Assembly (NCBI GenBank): GCA_046757025.1
Contig: JBHHXN010000104.1
Span: 1-18,492, forward strand
From: a bacterium
Lineage (GTDB): Bacteria > Zhuqueibacterota > Zhuqueibacteria > Oceanimicrobiales > Oceanimicrobiaceae
Length of the DNA: 18,492 nucleotides
Reading direction: 5' to 3'
The first letter of the stretch is position 1. Each line of letters starts with the position of its first letter. The notes beneath the pieces were generated by a model, which was not told the origin of the DNA, did no database searches, and was given only the letters and a program-made list of their open reading frames with translations. A program made the position numbers and the translations under genes. Shown here piece by piece: positions 1 to 6,961 of the stretch.

Positions 1-925
1 CAATTCCACGCCGGATCATCGCGCCCGCTGCGTCGATGATGTTGCCGGTGACCCGTGTGCCCGTAAAGTCGCCCTCGAGAGGGTAGTAATCCTCCATGGA
101 GATGCCGTAGAACATGATCCGGGTTTCGGCTCGTATGGTGTTGTTGGCGATGAGGGAGCCCGGTGACTGGAAGATGACGATCCCGCCATCGGTGACGTCG
201 ATGATCGTGTTGTTCTCCACGACGCTGCTCTCGCATCCCAGGGAAATGCCGTCCGCCATGATGTATTCTGCCCGCCCCGCCGGGCCGACCTCGTTGTTCC
301 TCACCACGCCCTCTCTGCACGGACCACCGAGGAATAGGACCGTCCAGCCTCGCGGTTCGTAGGCCTTGACCCACTCAACCACGTGGCCTACCGCATCGCG
401 GCCTAGAACGCCACGGCCAAAGTTGATCAACGCGCCCTGCGCAATCCCAAGCTTCGTGCGATTGCCATCAATGATCACGTTCCGAAGCGATACATGGCTG
501 AGGGAGCTGTCGTTGCCTTCGGCGGAAACGGCTATCGCCAGGTCCTTGCCAACGACCCGCAGAAGGGCTCTCGAATCATCCGTGGGAAAGCCCTGCGTGT
601 AGATCGACTGGCTGTCGGCTGTAAAGAAAACCTTCTCACTCAACTCAAACACCGCGTCTGGACACAGCACGGCCTTCGAGCCCGGGCCAGTGAGCGCGTT
701 CTGAATGTTGGTATGATCTCCGGACGGGATGCAAGGCTCTGCTTGCGGCTCCTTCTCCTCGCCGGATTCGTTCATGCGTGTTTGTGGCGCTGCAATTAGT
801 GAAGCCGTTGTCGGTGACAACAGTGATTTCCACAGGGAACCAATCATCAGCAGCACGATGAATATGATTTGAGAATTCGACCAAAATGGAGTTCGTTTGC
901 GATTTATTCTGTTTATACCCAACAT
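1..925 (-). CDS. Secreted or membrane-anchored right-handed parallel beta-helix repeat protein (pectin-lyase-like fold), 3' end outside the window
   Basis: Hand translation from ATG 925 is open to base 1: MLGINRINRKRTPFWSNSQIIFIVLLMIGSLW...CIPSGDHTNIQNAL...VSLRNVIIDGNR...ADGISLGCESSVVENNTIIDVTDGGIVIFQSPGSLIANNTI...GTRVTGNII. It has a basic then hydrophobic N-terminus and repeated (V/I)xNNxI / DGI beta-helix rungs. SD-like GCAGGTG lies upstream. The ORF track misses it because there is no stop in the window. Confidence 0.85.
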   Translation of the reverse strand, partial: MLGINRINRKRTPFWSNSQIIFIVLLMIGSLWKSLLSPTTASLIAAPQTRMNESGEEKEPQAEPCIPSGDHTNIQNALTGPGSKAVLCPDAVFELSEKVFFTADSQSIYTQGFPTDDSRALLRVVGKDLAIAVSAEGNDSSLSHVSLRNVIIDGNRTKLGIAQGALINFGRGVLGRDAVGHVVEWVKAYEPRGWTVLFLGGPCREGVVRNNEVGPAGRAEYIMADGISLGCESSVVENNTIIDVTDGGIVIFQSPGSLIANNTIRAETRIMFYGISMEDYYPLEGDFTGTRVTGNIIDAAGAMIRRGI

Positions 926-1276
926 TTGTTTTACACCTGCTCTTAAATTATTCAATTTCAGTTCGTATAGGTAGTGGTTGATACCACGAACCATCAAATT
1001 ATCTCAGCAATAACTATTTGCGAGAGGCCACAAAAAGTTATCGGTAAAAAAGGTAACTTCAATAACAAGCTTAGTTTCATTCTATTTTGATTTAGAGTGG
1101 ACATCCTTTTAGAGAAAATAAACCGACACCGCACGTCAAAGTTGCAACAATAAAGGGGAAACGCAGAAAACAAATAATCCAAATAAGGTTGTTCGTTTGT
1201 AATTGTCAATGAAAAAATCATCGTGGCACTTTTTCAAGTTACTAAAGCCTAGCGCGGCGGAGCCGCAAATGTTTAA

Positions 1277-1479
1277 ATGACTTGCTTTGTTGTGGTCCAA
1301 ACCATGGTGCTATTATCAGCCGTCATTAAGCCTCGCTGTCATTGACAGAGGTGAATTATTGCTGCTGTCTAAAATGACGCCAAAGGCAAATGACCTGATG
1401 ACTTTATGACGGGTCGTGTCATTCACTTCGCGTCATTTAGCCATTTTCTTGTAAAAAAATGCAAAAGTTCAGAAGTCAT
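1277..1479. repeat. Cluster of 10 ATGAC/GTCAT pentamers containing a ~72-nt imperfect palindrome (1369-1440) and a small hairpin (1331-1351)
   Basis: ATGAC at 1277, 1374, 1390, 1398, 1406; GTCAT at 1322, 1338, 1418, 1432, 1475. CTAAAATGACGC (1369-1380) pairs with GCGTCATTTAG (1430-1440), with nested AATGAC/GTCATT. Confidence 0.75.
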
Positions 1480-1502
1480 ACTATAAATTGAGCGAATGCG
1501 TC

Positions 1503-1870
1503 TTGATTTTTTTCACCAATGGCTGACTATGTTTGGAGTACAGGTTGAAGCGTGGTTGTCCCAGCCCCCTGGTAAACCGAACCCCTTCCCCTCAGAATTG
1601 CTCAATTCAGGTAAAGGATAACCTTCAAAAGTGGAGTCCCCACGACTCAATGACTTTTCAAGGCAGGATGAGAATACCTCTGTCTTAGCGGGGCAACCAG
1701 TCGTTCCCAATAAAATTTGAGAACGAGAGCGATGAACTCCGTGCGGATTAACGTGGCATGACTCATCAATTCCGATAAAGAGGAAATAAAATGCAAGCGC
1801 CTTAGATAGTAAGATACAGAATCCGTAGCCAATATAGCCACTCTGATCGACATGTAGCCGAATTCATTTT
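1503..1870 (+). mobile_element. Probable decayed IS110-family remnant (leader plus trace of the transposase N-terminus)
   Basis: The leader is as above. ATG 1732 opens only 9 codons. 1837-1869 (GCC ACT CTG ATC GAC AT GT AGC CGA ATT CAT TTT) reads ATLID/SRIHF across a frameshift, compatible with a degenerate AAGIDIGSxxH(F/Y) motif. Confidence 0.4.
1553..1699 (+). ncRNA. Structured multi-stem RNA-like element, probably an IS110-family non-coding leader
   Basis: A 10-bp closing stem TGGTTGTCCC (1553-1562)/GGGGCAACCA (1690-1699) encloses hairpins at 1584-1617, 1622-1663 and ~1665-1687. The block order AAACCGAACCCC..AAAGGATA..CCCCACGACTCAA..AGGCAGGATGAGA..GTCTTAGCGGGG resembles IS110 leaders as I recall them; this is not search-verified. 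Confidence 0.55.
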
Positions 1871-1947
1871 TCACCCTTATTGAACAATTAATAAGTTTGA
1901 CGATAAAATCCTTGCTTCAATGAGAAAAAATATCGATTTTATTGTTC

Positions 1948-4140
1948 ATGATACAATCACAAGATATTCATACTCATTATCGGACTTGCAACTTATGTGA
2001 AGCCATGTGTGGAATTGTGATCACACATCGAGACGGTCACATTCTTTCCATCTCAGGGGACAAAGACGATCCGTTCAGTCAAGGGCACATTTGCCCTAAA
2101 GCGGTCGCATTGCAAGATATTTACCATGATCCCGACCGCCTTAAACAACCTGTCCGACGTACTAAACATGGCTGGGAAAAGCTGAGCTGGGAGGATGCTT
2201 TTGACGCAGTCACACACAAGCTAACTGTCATTCAGAAAAGATACGGCCGTAATACCGTTGGTTTTTATCAAGGCAACCCCACTGTGCACAATTCTGGCAG
2301 CCTGTTATTTGCTCCACTCTTTTTCAAATCGTTACGCACGCGAAATCGCTTTTCTGCTACTTCGGTGGATCAACTGCCCCATCATTTTACGTCCTATTTC
2401 ATGTTTGGGCACCAGCTTATGTTGCCGGTGCCGGATATCGATCGCAGTGATTTCCTTCTAATCCTGGGGGCCAATCCGCTGGTTTCCAATGGCAGTTTGA
2501 TGACGGCGCCCGGTTTCGAAAACCGGTTGAATGCGCTGCAAAAACGCGGGGGCAAATTCGTCGTCATCGATCCGCGGCGTACTGAGACCGCCAGGAAAGC
2601 GGACGTACACCATTTCATTCGTCCGGGTACCGATGTCCTGTTGCTGCTGGCGCTGGTACATACCCTGTTTGCAGAGAGCTTCTGTCAGCCTGGCCGGCTG
2701 AAAGAGTTTACCGATGGACTCGAAAGCGTTAAAAAAACCGTCGCCGATTTTCCACCGGAAAAAGTCGAAGAGAGCACGGGAATCGATGCCGCGAGCATCC
2801 GGCAGCTGGCTCGTGATTTCAGCTCCGCAAAATCCGCCGTCTGTTACGGCAGATTCGGCGTTTCGACGCAAGTCTTTGGTGCAGTCTGCCAATGGCTGGT
2901 CAATTGTTTGAACATCCTAACCGGCAATCTGGATCGACCGGGTGGGGCCATGTTCACTATGCCAGCCATCGACATCGTCCAGCAAGCCTGGAAAGAGGGT
3001 CGGGTCGGAAGCTATGCCAGATGGTGCAGCCGGGTACGGAAACTGCCAGAGTTTGGAGGAGAGTTGCCGGTGTCCGTTTTGGCGGAAGAAATCCTCACAA
3101 AAGGTGAAGGGCAGATCAAAGCTTTGATCACCTCGGCTGGCAATCCAGTACTATCCACACCCAATGGCACGCAATTGGAGTGTGCGCTGGAGCAGCTCGA
3201 GTTTATGGTGGCCATCGATATCTACGTCAACGAAACCACCCGGCATGCCGATATCATTCTTCCGCCTACCTGCGGACTGGAAACCGATCATTATGATTTG
3301 GCCTTTCATATCTTAACTGTGCGCAACACCGCCAAATATTCCCGCGCTCTCTTCGAACCAGAGGACGATGCCAAACACGACTGGCAGATCTTCCAGGAAT
3401 TGCGCAAGCGAATGTCTCCCAACCGGCACGCAAACCATTTTGCTGCCCGAATCAAACGAAAAATCCTCGACAAAATGACGCCGGAAAGGATGCTGGATTT
3501 CGGTTTGCGGTTCGGCTCCTACGGTATCTGGGGCCGGCGATTTTTATCCAAAGAAGGCATAAGCCTCCACAAGCTTAAAAAACAGGTACACGGCATGGAC
3601 CTGGGAGCGCTTAAATCCTGTCTTCCTCAAAGATTGTTCACTGCCAACAAGCGTATCCAATTAGCGCCCGAGGTGTTGATTGAAGACATCGAACGGGTTA
3701 AATCCATGTTTTTAACTCCGAAAGAATTGGAGACATCTGAATATGAATTGTTACTGATCGGCAGGCGACAGCTTCGCAGCAACAACTCCTGGATGCACAA
3801 CAGCGAGCGTCTGGTGAAAGGCAGAAAGCGCTGCACGCTGCTTATGCATCCGCAAGACGCCGCTGTTCGCTACATCCAAAACGAGCGGTTAGTCGAAGTC
3901 AGATCCCGCGTTGGTAAGATTGACATCACCGTGGAAATTAGCGATGAAATGATGCCTGGAGTGGTCAGCATCCCGCATGGCTGGGGTCACCATCGTCCAG
4001 GCGTGCAATTGCAAACCGCCCGCCAACATGCCGGAGTGAGCATCAACGACCTCACAGACGATCACCTTGTTGACCCCCTTTCTGGCAATGCCGCGTTTAA
4101 CGGAGTGCCGGTAAAAGTCAGTCCGAAATGTGATGTGTGA
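1948..4140 (+). CDS. Molybdopterin (bis-MGD) oxidoreductase of the DMSO-reductase/MopB superfamily with an N-terminal 4Fe-4S cluster; substrate unknown
   Basis: CNLCEAMC...CPK Fe-S motif, DPDRLKQP, ILGANP, VVIDPRRTETA, ADIILP, and a C-terminal dinucleotide-binding domain (RSNNSWMHN, LMHPQDA, PGVVSIPHGWG). No Tat signal. ATG 1948 is preferred; the track starts at TTG 1942. Confidence 0.93.
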   Translation: MIQSQDIHTHYRTCNLCEAMCGIVITHRDGHILSISGDKDDPFSQGHICPKAVALQDIYHDPDRLKQPVRRTKHGWEKLSWEDAFDAVTHKLTVIQKRYGRNTVGFYQGNPTVHNSGSLLFAPLFFKSLRTRNRFSATSVDQLPHHFTSYFMFGHQLMLPVPDIDRSDFLLILGANPLVSNGSLMTAPGFENRLNALQKRGGKFVVIDPRRTETARKADVHHFIRPGTDVLLLLALVHTLFAESFCQPGRLKEFTDGLESVKKTVADFPPEKVEESTGIDAASIRQLARDFSSAKSAVCYGRFGVSTQVFGAVCQWLVNCLNILTGNLDRPGGAMFTMPAIDIVQQAWKEGRVGSYARWCSRVRKLPEFGGELPVSVLAEEILTKGEGQIKALITSAGNPVLSTPNGTQLECALEQLEFMVAIDIYVNETTRHADIILPPTCGLETDHYDLAFHILTVRNTAKYSRALFEPEDDAKHDWQIFQELRKRMSPNRHANHFAARIKRKILDKMTPERMLDFGLRFGSYGIWGRRFLSKEGISLHKLKKQVHGMDLGALKSCLPQRLFTANKRIQLAPEVLIEDIERVKSMFLTPKELETSEYELLLIGRRQLRSNNSWMHNSERLVKGRKRCTLLMHPQDAAVRYIQNERLVEVRSRVGKIDITVEISDEMMPGVVSIPHGWGHHRPGVQLQTARQHAGVSINDLTDDHLVDPLSGNAAFNGVPVKVSPKCDV

Positions 4141-4262
4141 ACAGCTTCTGTTTACCATCATCGACTAACAGTCGCACTTCAAGGTATTGAATCAAAATTG
4201 AGTGTACATAGTTAACACAATAATCAGAATGAGGAAACAGCTAATAATTCCGTAGAAGGAAA

Positions 4263-4667
4263 ATGAATGTCAAGAGATTCATTGCGGCCAGCGTGGTCAT
4301 TTACGTGGTTTATGTAACTCTGACCAGTGTCATTCACGTCATCGTGTTGTGAGGCGTGTGGGAAATCGGATTGACTTTAGGCGACCAGGTCTGGTCCTTT
4401 TTGCTGGTTTACATTTTCATTAAGGGCTACCAAGGAAAGGGGGCGCCCGCGGGTTTCAGGTTTGGTTTGCTCATCGGTATCTTTTTCTGTAGTCCTATCA
4501 TTTTTGGTTTTTTCCCACTCAAGGCGATTACCCAGGCGGCTCCTGAAATTTCTGATGCCATTATTCCTGGCATAATCCCTTCGGCAGCGGCTCTCCATTG
4601 GTATATTCTGAGTATTATTAAAATTACTATTTGTGGCGTTCTGGCTTCAATCATTTACAAAAATTAG
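4263..4667 (+). pseudogene. Small multi-pass membrane protein gene with an in-frame TGA at 4350-4352 (nonsense mutation or recoded codon)
   Basis: SD GAAGGA (4255-4260) then ATG 4263: MNVKRFIAASVVIYVVYVTLTSVIHVIVL*GVWEIGLTLGDQVWSFLLVYIFIKGYQGKG...GFRFGLLIG...CGVLASIIYKN. The upstream 29 codons are in frame with track ORF 4356..4667 and supply the first TM helix. Confidence 0.7.
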
Positions 4668-4697
4668 AAACCAACTTTGTTTGAGAAAGTCGGTTTC
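4667..4697. terminator. Intergenic hairpin (terminator or REP-like palindrome)
   Basis: GAAACCAACTTT-N7-AAAGTCGGTTTC, 11 of 12 paired, starting at the stop codon; no good U-tract. Confidence 0.5.
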
Positions 4698-4727
4698 ATT
4701 GACTAATTCAAAAACGGAGAATTTGGC

Positions 4728-5126
4728 ATGAAAACCATGACACTGAATGATGAAGAGTTGCAAAGATTCATGGATCACCCTGACACCCAATCCGTCGTGA
4801 TGATCAATCTCTTAAAGTTTAAAACAACAACCGATGGCGGCGAATCCGGTGAGGAAGCCTACAACCGCTACTCCCAAAATGTCGCGCCGTTACTGGCAAA
4901 AGTTGGCGGGAGATTGCTGTGGTATGGGCAAACGGACCAGTTTATCAACGGGGGCGCGGAAGACCGGTGGGATCGGGTGCTGCTGGTGGAGTATCCCTCG
5001 CGGGCGGCCTTCCTGACCATGATCAATATGCCGGAATTTCAGGCTGTGCAAAAAGACCGGCAAGCGGCGCTGGAAAATACCGTTCTCATGGCCACGACGA
5101 CCTTGAACAGTGAGCTGTCTGATTAA
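4728..5126 (+). CDS. DUF1330-family protein
   Basis: MINLLKF, SGEEAYNRY, GGRLLWYG and WDRVLLVEYPSRAAFLTM are typical of the family; SD GGAG upstream. Confidence 0.85.
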   Translation: MKTMTLNDEELQRFMDHPDTQSVVMINLLKFKTTTDGGESGEEAYNRYSQNVAPLLAKVGGRLLWYGQTDQFINGGAEDRWDRVLLVEYPSRAAFLTMINMPEFQAVQKDRQAALENTVLMATTTLNSELSD

Positions 5127-5460
5127 AAGCCGATTGCGATGTCGTCTATTTGCCAGCAATTGGTTTTCCGATTTGACGATGTTCAGCAAGGATATTTTCA
5201 GGAAATTCGTTTACTCCTTTTTGGTTAAATGCATCGTACCTGCCGGTTCACACGCAGCCAAGGATGCCGATCACATCCAGTTCAGACTTTGACTGTTTGA
5301 AATAGTTGGCAGCAACCGCCGCGACATTTGCGACGTTCACCCCACACCCCTTACTCCACTAACCACGGAACTTCCATGATGATCACGACTTTTTCATACT
5401 AATTCATGTCTGAAGAAAACTCAAGAGAGGTGCGATTAAAAAACCACTTCGCGAAGGCGC

Positions 5461-5485
5461 CCCTTCTACGTAGCTCAGGACAGGC
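5461..5485 (+). repeat. Degenerate copy of a REP-like intergenic repeat (CCCTTCGAC-N-GCTCAGGACAGGC type)
   Basis: CCCTTCTACGTAGCTCAGGACAGGC; recognised from memory of a widespread intergenic repeat. Only one copy is in this window. Confidence 0.45.
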
Positions 5486-5579
5486 ATCGCCGAGCCAGGC
5501 AGAAATTCACCCTCGGTCAGGAGGCCTTAATCCTATATACCGCATCCCAAACAAATATAAAGTTTCCCACTCTCACAAC

Positions 5580-5608
5580 TTGCATAATTCATTTTATGTT
5601 GGTATATT
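5580..5608 (+). promoter_or_regulatory. Putative sigma-70 promoter for the 5702 gene
   Basis: TTGCAT-N17-TATATT with an extended -10 TG at 5600-5601. Confidence 0.55.
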
Positions 5609-5701
5609 TCATTTCGATATGTGTGCAAGCAAATTGTCTTTATTGCCGGCGCCCTCACATCTTGTAATCCAATGTAAAATTTATTTCAAATGGAGCAAAC
5701 C

Positions 5702-6619
5702 ATGAAAATACGAATACTGATCCTGACACTTTGCCTCCAATTTTGTTTTTTCGCTGTCAACTTAAAAGCGCAGGAAGATGTCACCATTGTCGCGCCCACT
5801 TCTGAAGCAGCCGAAGGTCTGGACTTAAAAGCGGTAAGCGAACTGTTTAAAGACGCTGAAAACCTGGAAGAATTTGAGAAGAATTTGAACGATTCTGAAT
5901 TGGGTATCAACAATCTCGACCTGGATGAGGATGGCAATGTGGACTTCATTCGAGTTGTGGAAGAAGTCGCGGAAAACACACATGTGATCATTCTGCAAGT
6001 GCCGCTGGCAGAAGATGAATTTCAGGATGTGGCCACTATCGAAGTAGAAAAAACCGACGATAAAGACTACAATTTGCAGGTGCACGGCAACGAAATGATT
6101 TATGGCGTGGACTACTACGTTGCACCCACAGTGGTTCACGTCCACACCTGGCCCATCATCGGATGGATTTATCGTCCGTACTACCGACCATATCGTTCGA
6201 CTTTTTACTTCGGCTTTTATCCGCGCTGGTGGCGACCATATCGTCCAGTTCACGTAAACATCTACCACACACGTACGGTCCATTACACCAGCCGAACTCA
6301 TTTTACTTTCACCAAACAAAGTCGAGTCCGAACCGTGACGAAAGTGAACTATCATCCGCGCACTTCCGTACATGTCAAAAAGAAAACAGCAGGGCCGCGC
6401 GGCAATACCACTACCATAAAAGCCGGTGTCAAAAAAACCACCAACAAAAAAACTGGCAAAACGACAGTAAAAAAAGGCGCCGTCATAAAGACTCAATCAA
6501 AAGGCGGGAAGAAGGCTGGAGTAAAAAAGGGCGCAGTGAAAAAGTCAAAAACAAAAGGTAGGAAAAAAGCCGCCACAAAAAAAGGCGCCAAAAAGTCAAA
6601 GGGGAGAAAGAATAAATAG
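5702..6619 (+). CDS. Secreted hypothetical protein with a DxDxDG (EF-hand-like) loop, a Tyr/Trp/Pro-rich segment and a Lys-rich repetitive tail
   Basis: SD GGAG (5692-5695) favours ATG 5702. Signal peptide ends LKA-Q. Contains NNLDLDEDGNVDFIRV and YRPYYRPY...YPRWWRPYRP; the tail has VKKGAV repeats. Confidence 0.85.
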   Translation: MKIRILILTLCLQFCFFAVNLKAQEDVTIVAPTSEAAEGLDLKAVSELFKDAENLEEFEKNLNDSELGINNLDLDEDGNVDFIRVVEEVAENTHVIILQVPLAEDEFQDVATIEVEKTDDKDYNLQVHGNEMIYGVDYYVAPTVVHVHTWPIIGWIYRPYYRPYRSTFYFGFYPRWWRPYRPVHVNIYHTRTVHYTSRTHFTFTKQSRVRTVTKVNYHPRTSVHVKKKTAGPRGNTTTIKAGVKKTTNKKTGKTTVKKGAVIKTQSKGGKKAGVKKGAVKKSKTKGRKKAATKKGAKKSKGRKNK

Positions 6620-6880
6620 ATTCGAAATAAACATTTTTTACTAACTCAGACGCTTTGTCAGGCATAATATTTTGCATGACAGCAAATTGGCCTTTTCGCA
6701 GACGCAGCGGCGAACAGAGGGCTGATTTAGTAAAGCGAACCGAAAATCTGAATCATGCTAAATGCGGAATGCGGATTTCATAATTAACGTGTAAATAATT
6801 TGTGTTTGAACGAAAACAGAAGATTATGCTAGGTCAGGCATCGGCGCCTGACGTAAAAACAACCAGTTTGGAATAAAGCG

Positions 6881-6910
6881 AAATGCTTGTTTGAGCATTT
6901 TTTGATTTTT
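6881..6910 (+). terminator. Possible intrinsic terminator upstream of the YcaQ-like gene
   Basis: AAATGCT-N6-AGCATTT followed by TTTGATTTTT; the stem is AT-rich and weak. Confidence 0.35.
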
Positions 6911-6961
6911 CGGTCAGACGTCATTTCAAAATGAAAGAAGTGTTAAACAACCGAATCCGAC

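Noticed and set aside
114..884. Track ORFs 114..362, 366..602, 494..799 and 645..884
   Set aside because: Shadow frames of the real minus-strand beta-helix gene 1..925.
994..1221. 75-aa minus-strand ORF with a hydrophobic end
   Set aside because: No SD or recognisable motif in an AT-rich intergenic context; at most a signal-peptide remnant.
1277..1479. CRISPR array interpretation of the ATGAC repeats
   Set aside because: The repeats are only 5-7 nt, in mixed orientation, with no repeat-spacer periodicity and no cas genes.
1513..1874. Minus-strand ORFs 1513..1710 and 1647..1874
   Set aside because: They run antisense to the structured element and have no protein-like motifs.
1500..1940. Moco/Tuco riboswitch upstream of the molybdopterin enzyme
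   Set aside because: The structured element lacks the Moco-motif blocks I recall and ends ~250 nt before the start codon. An IS110-type leader fits better.
5146..5340. Minus-strand frame VNVANVAAVAANYFKQSKSELDVIGILGCV*TGRYDAF... with an in-frame TGA (5250-5248) in a CxU-like context
   Set aside because: No convincing SECIS hairpin, no recognisable family and a weak start. It is most likely a decayed gene fragment or a chance frame.
5825..6561. Long antisense or alternate ORFs (5825..6496, 6163..6561); similarly 12854..13396 and 14997..15656
   Set aside because: Fully nested in well-supported genes and explained by codon bias.
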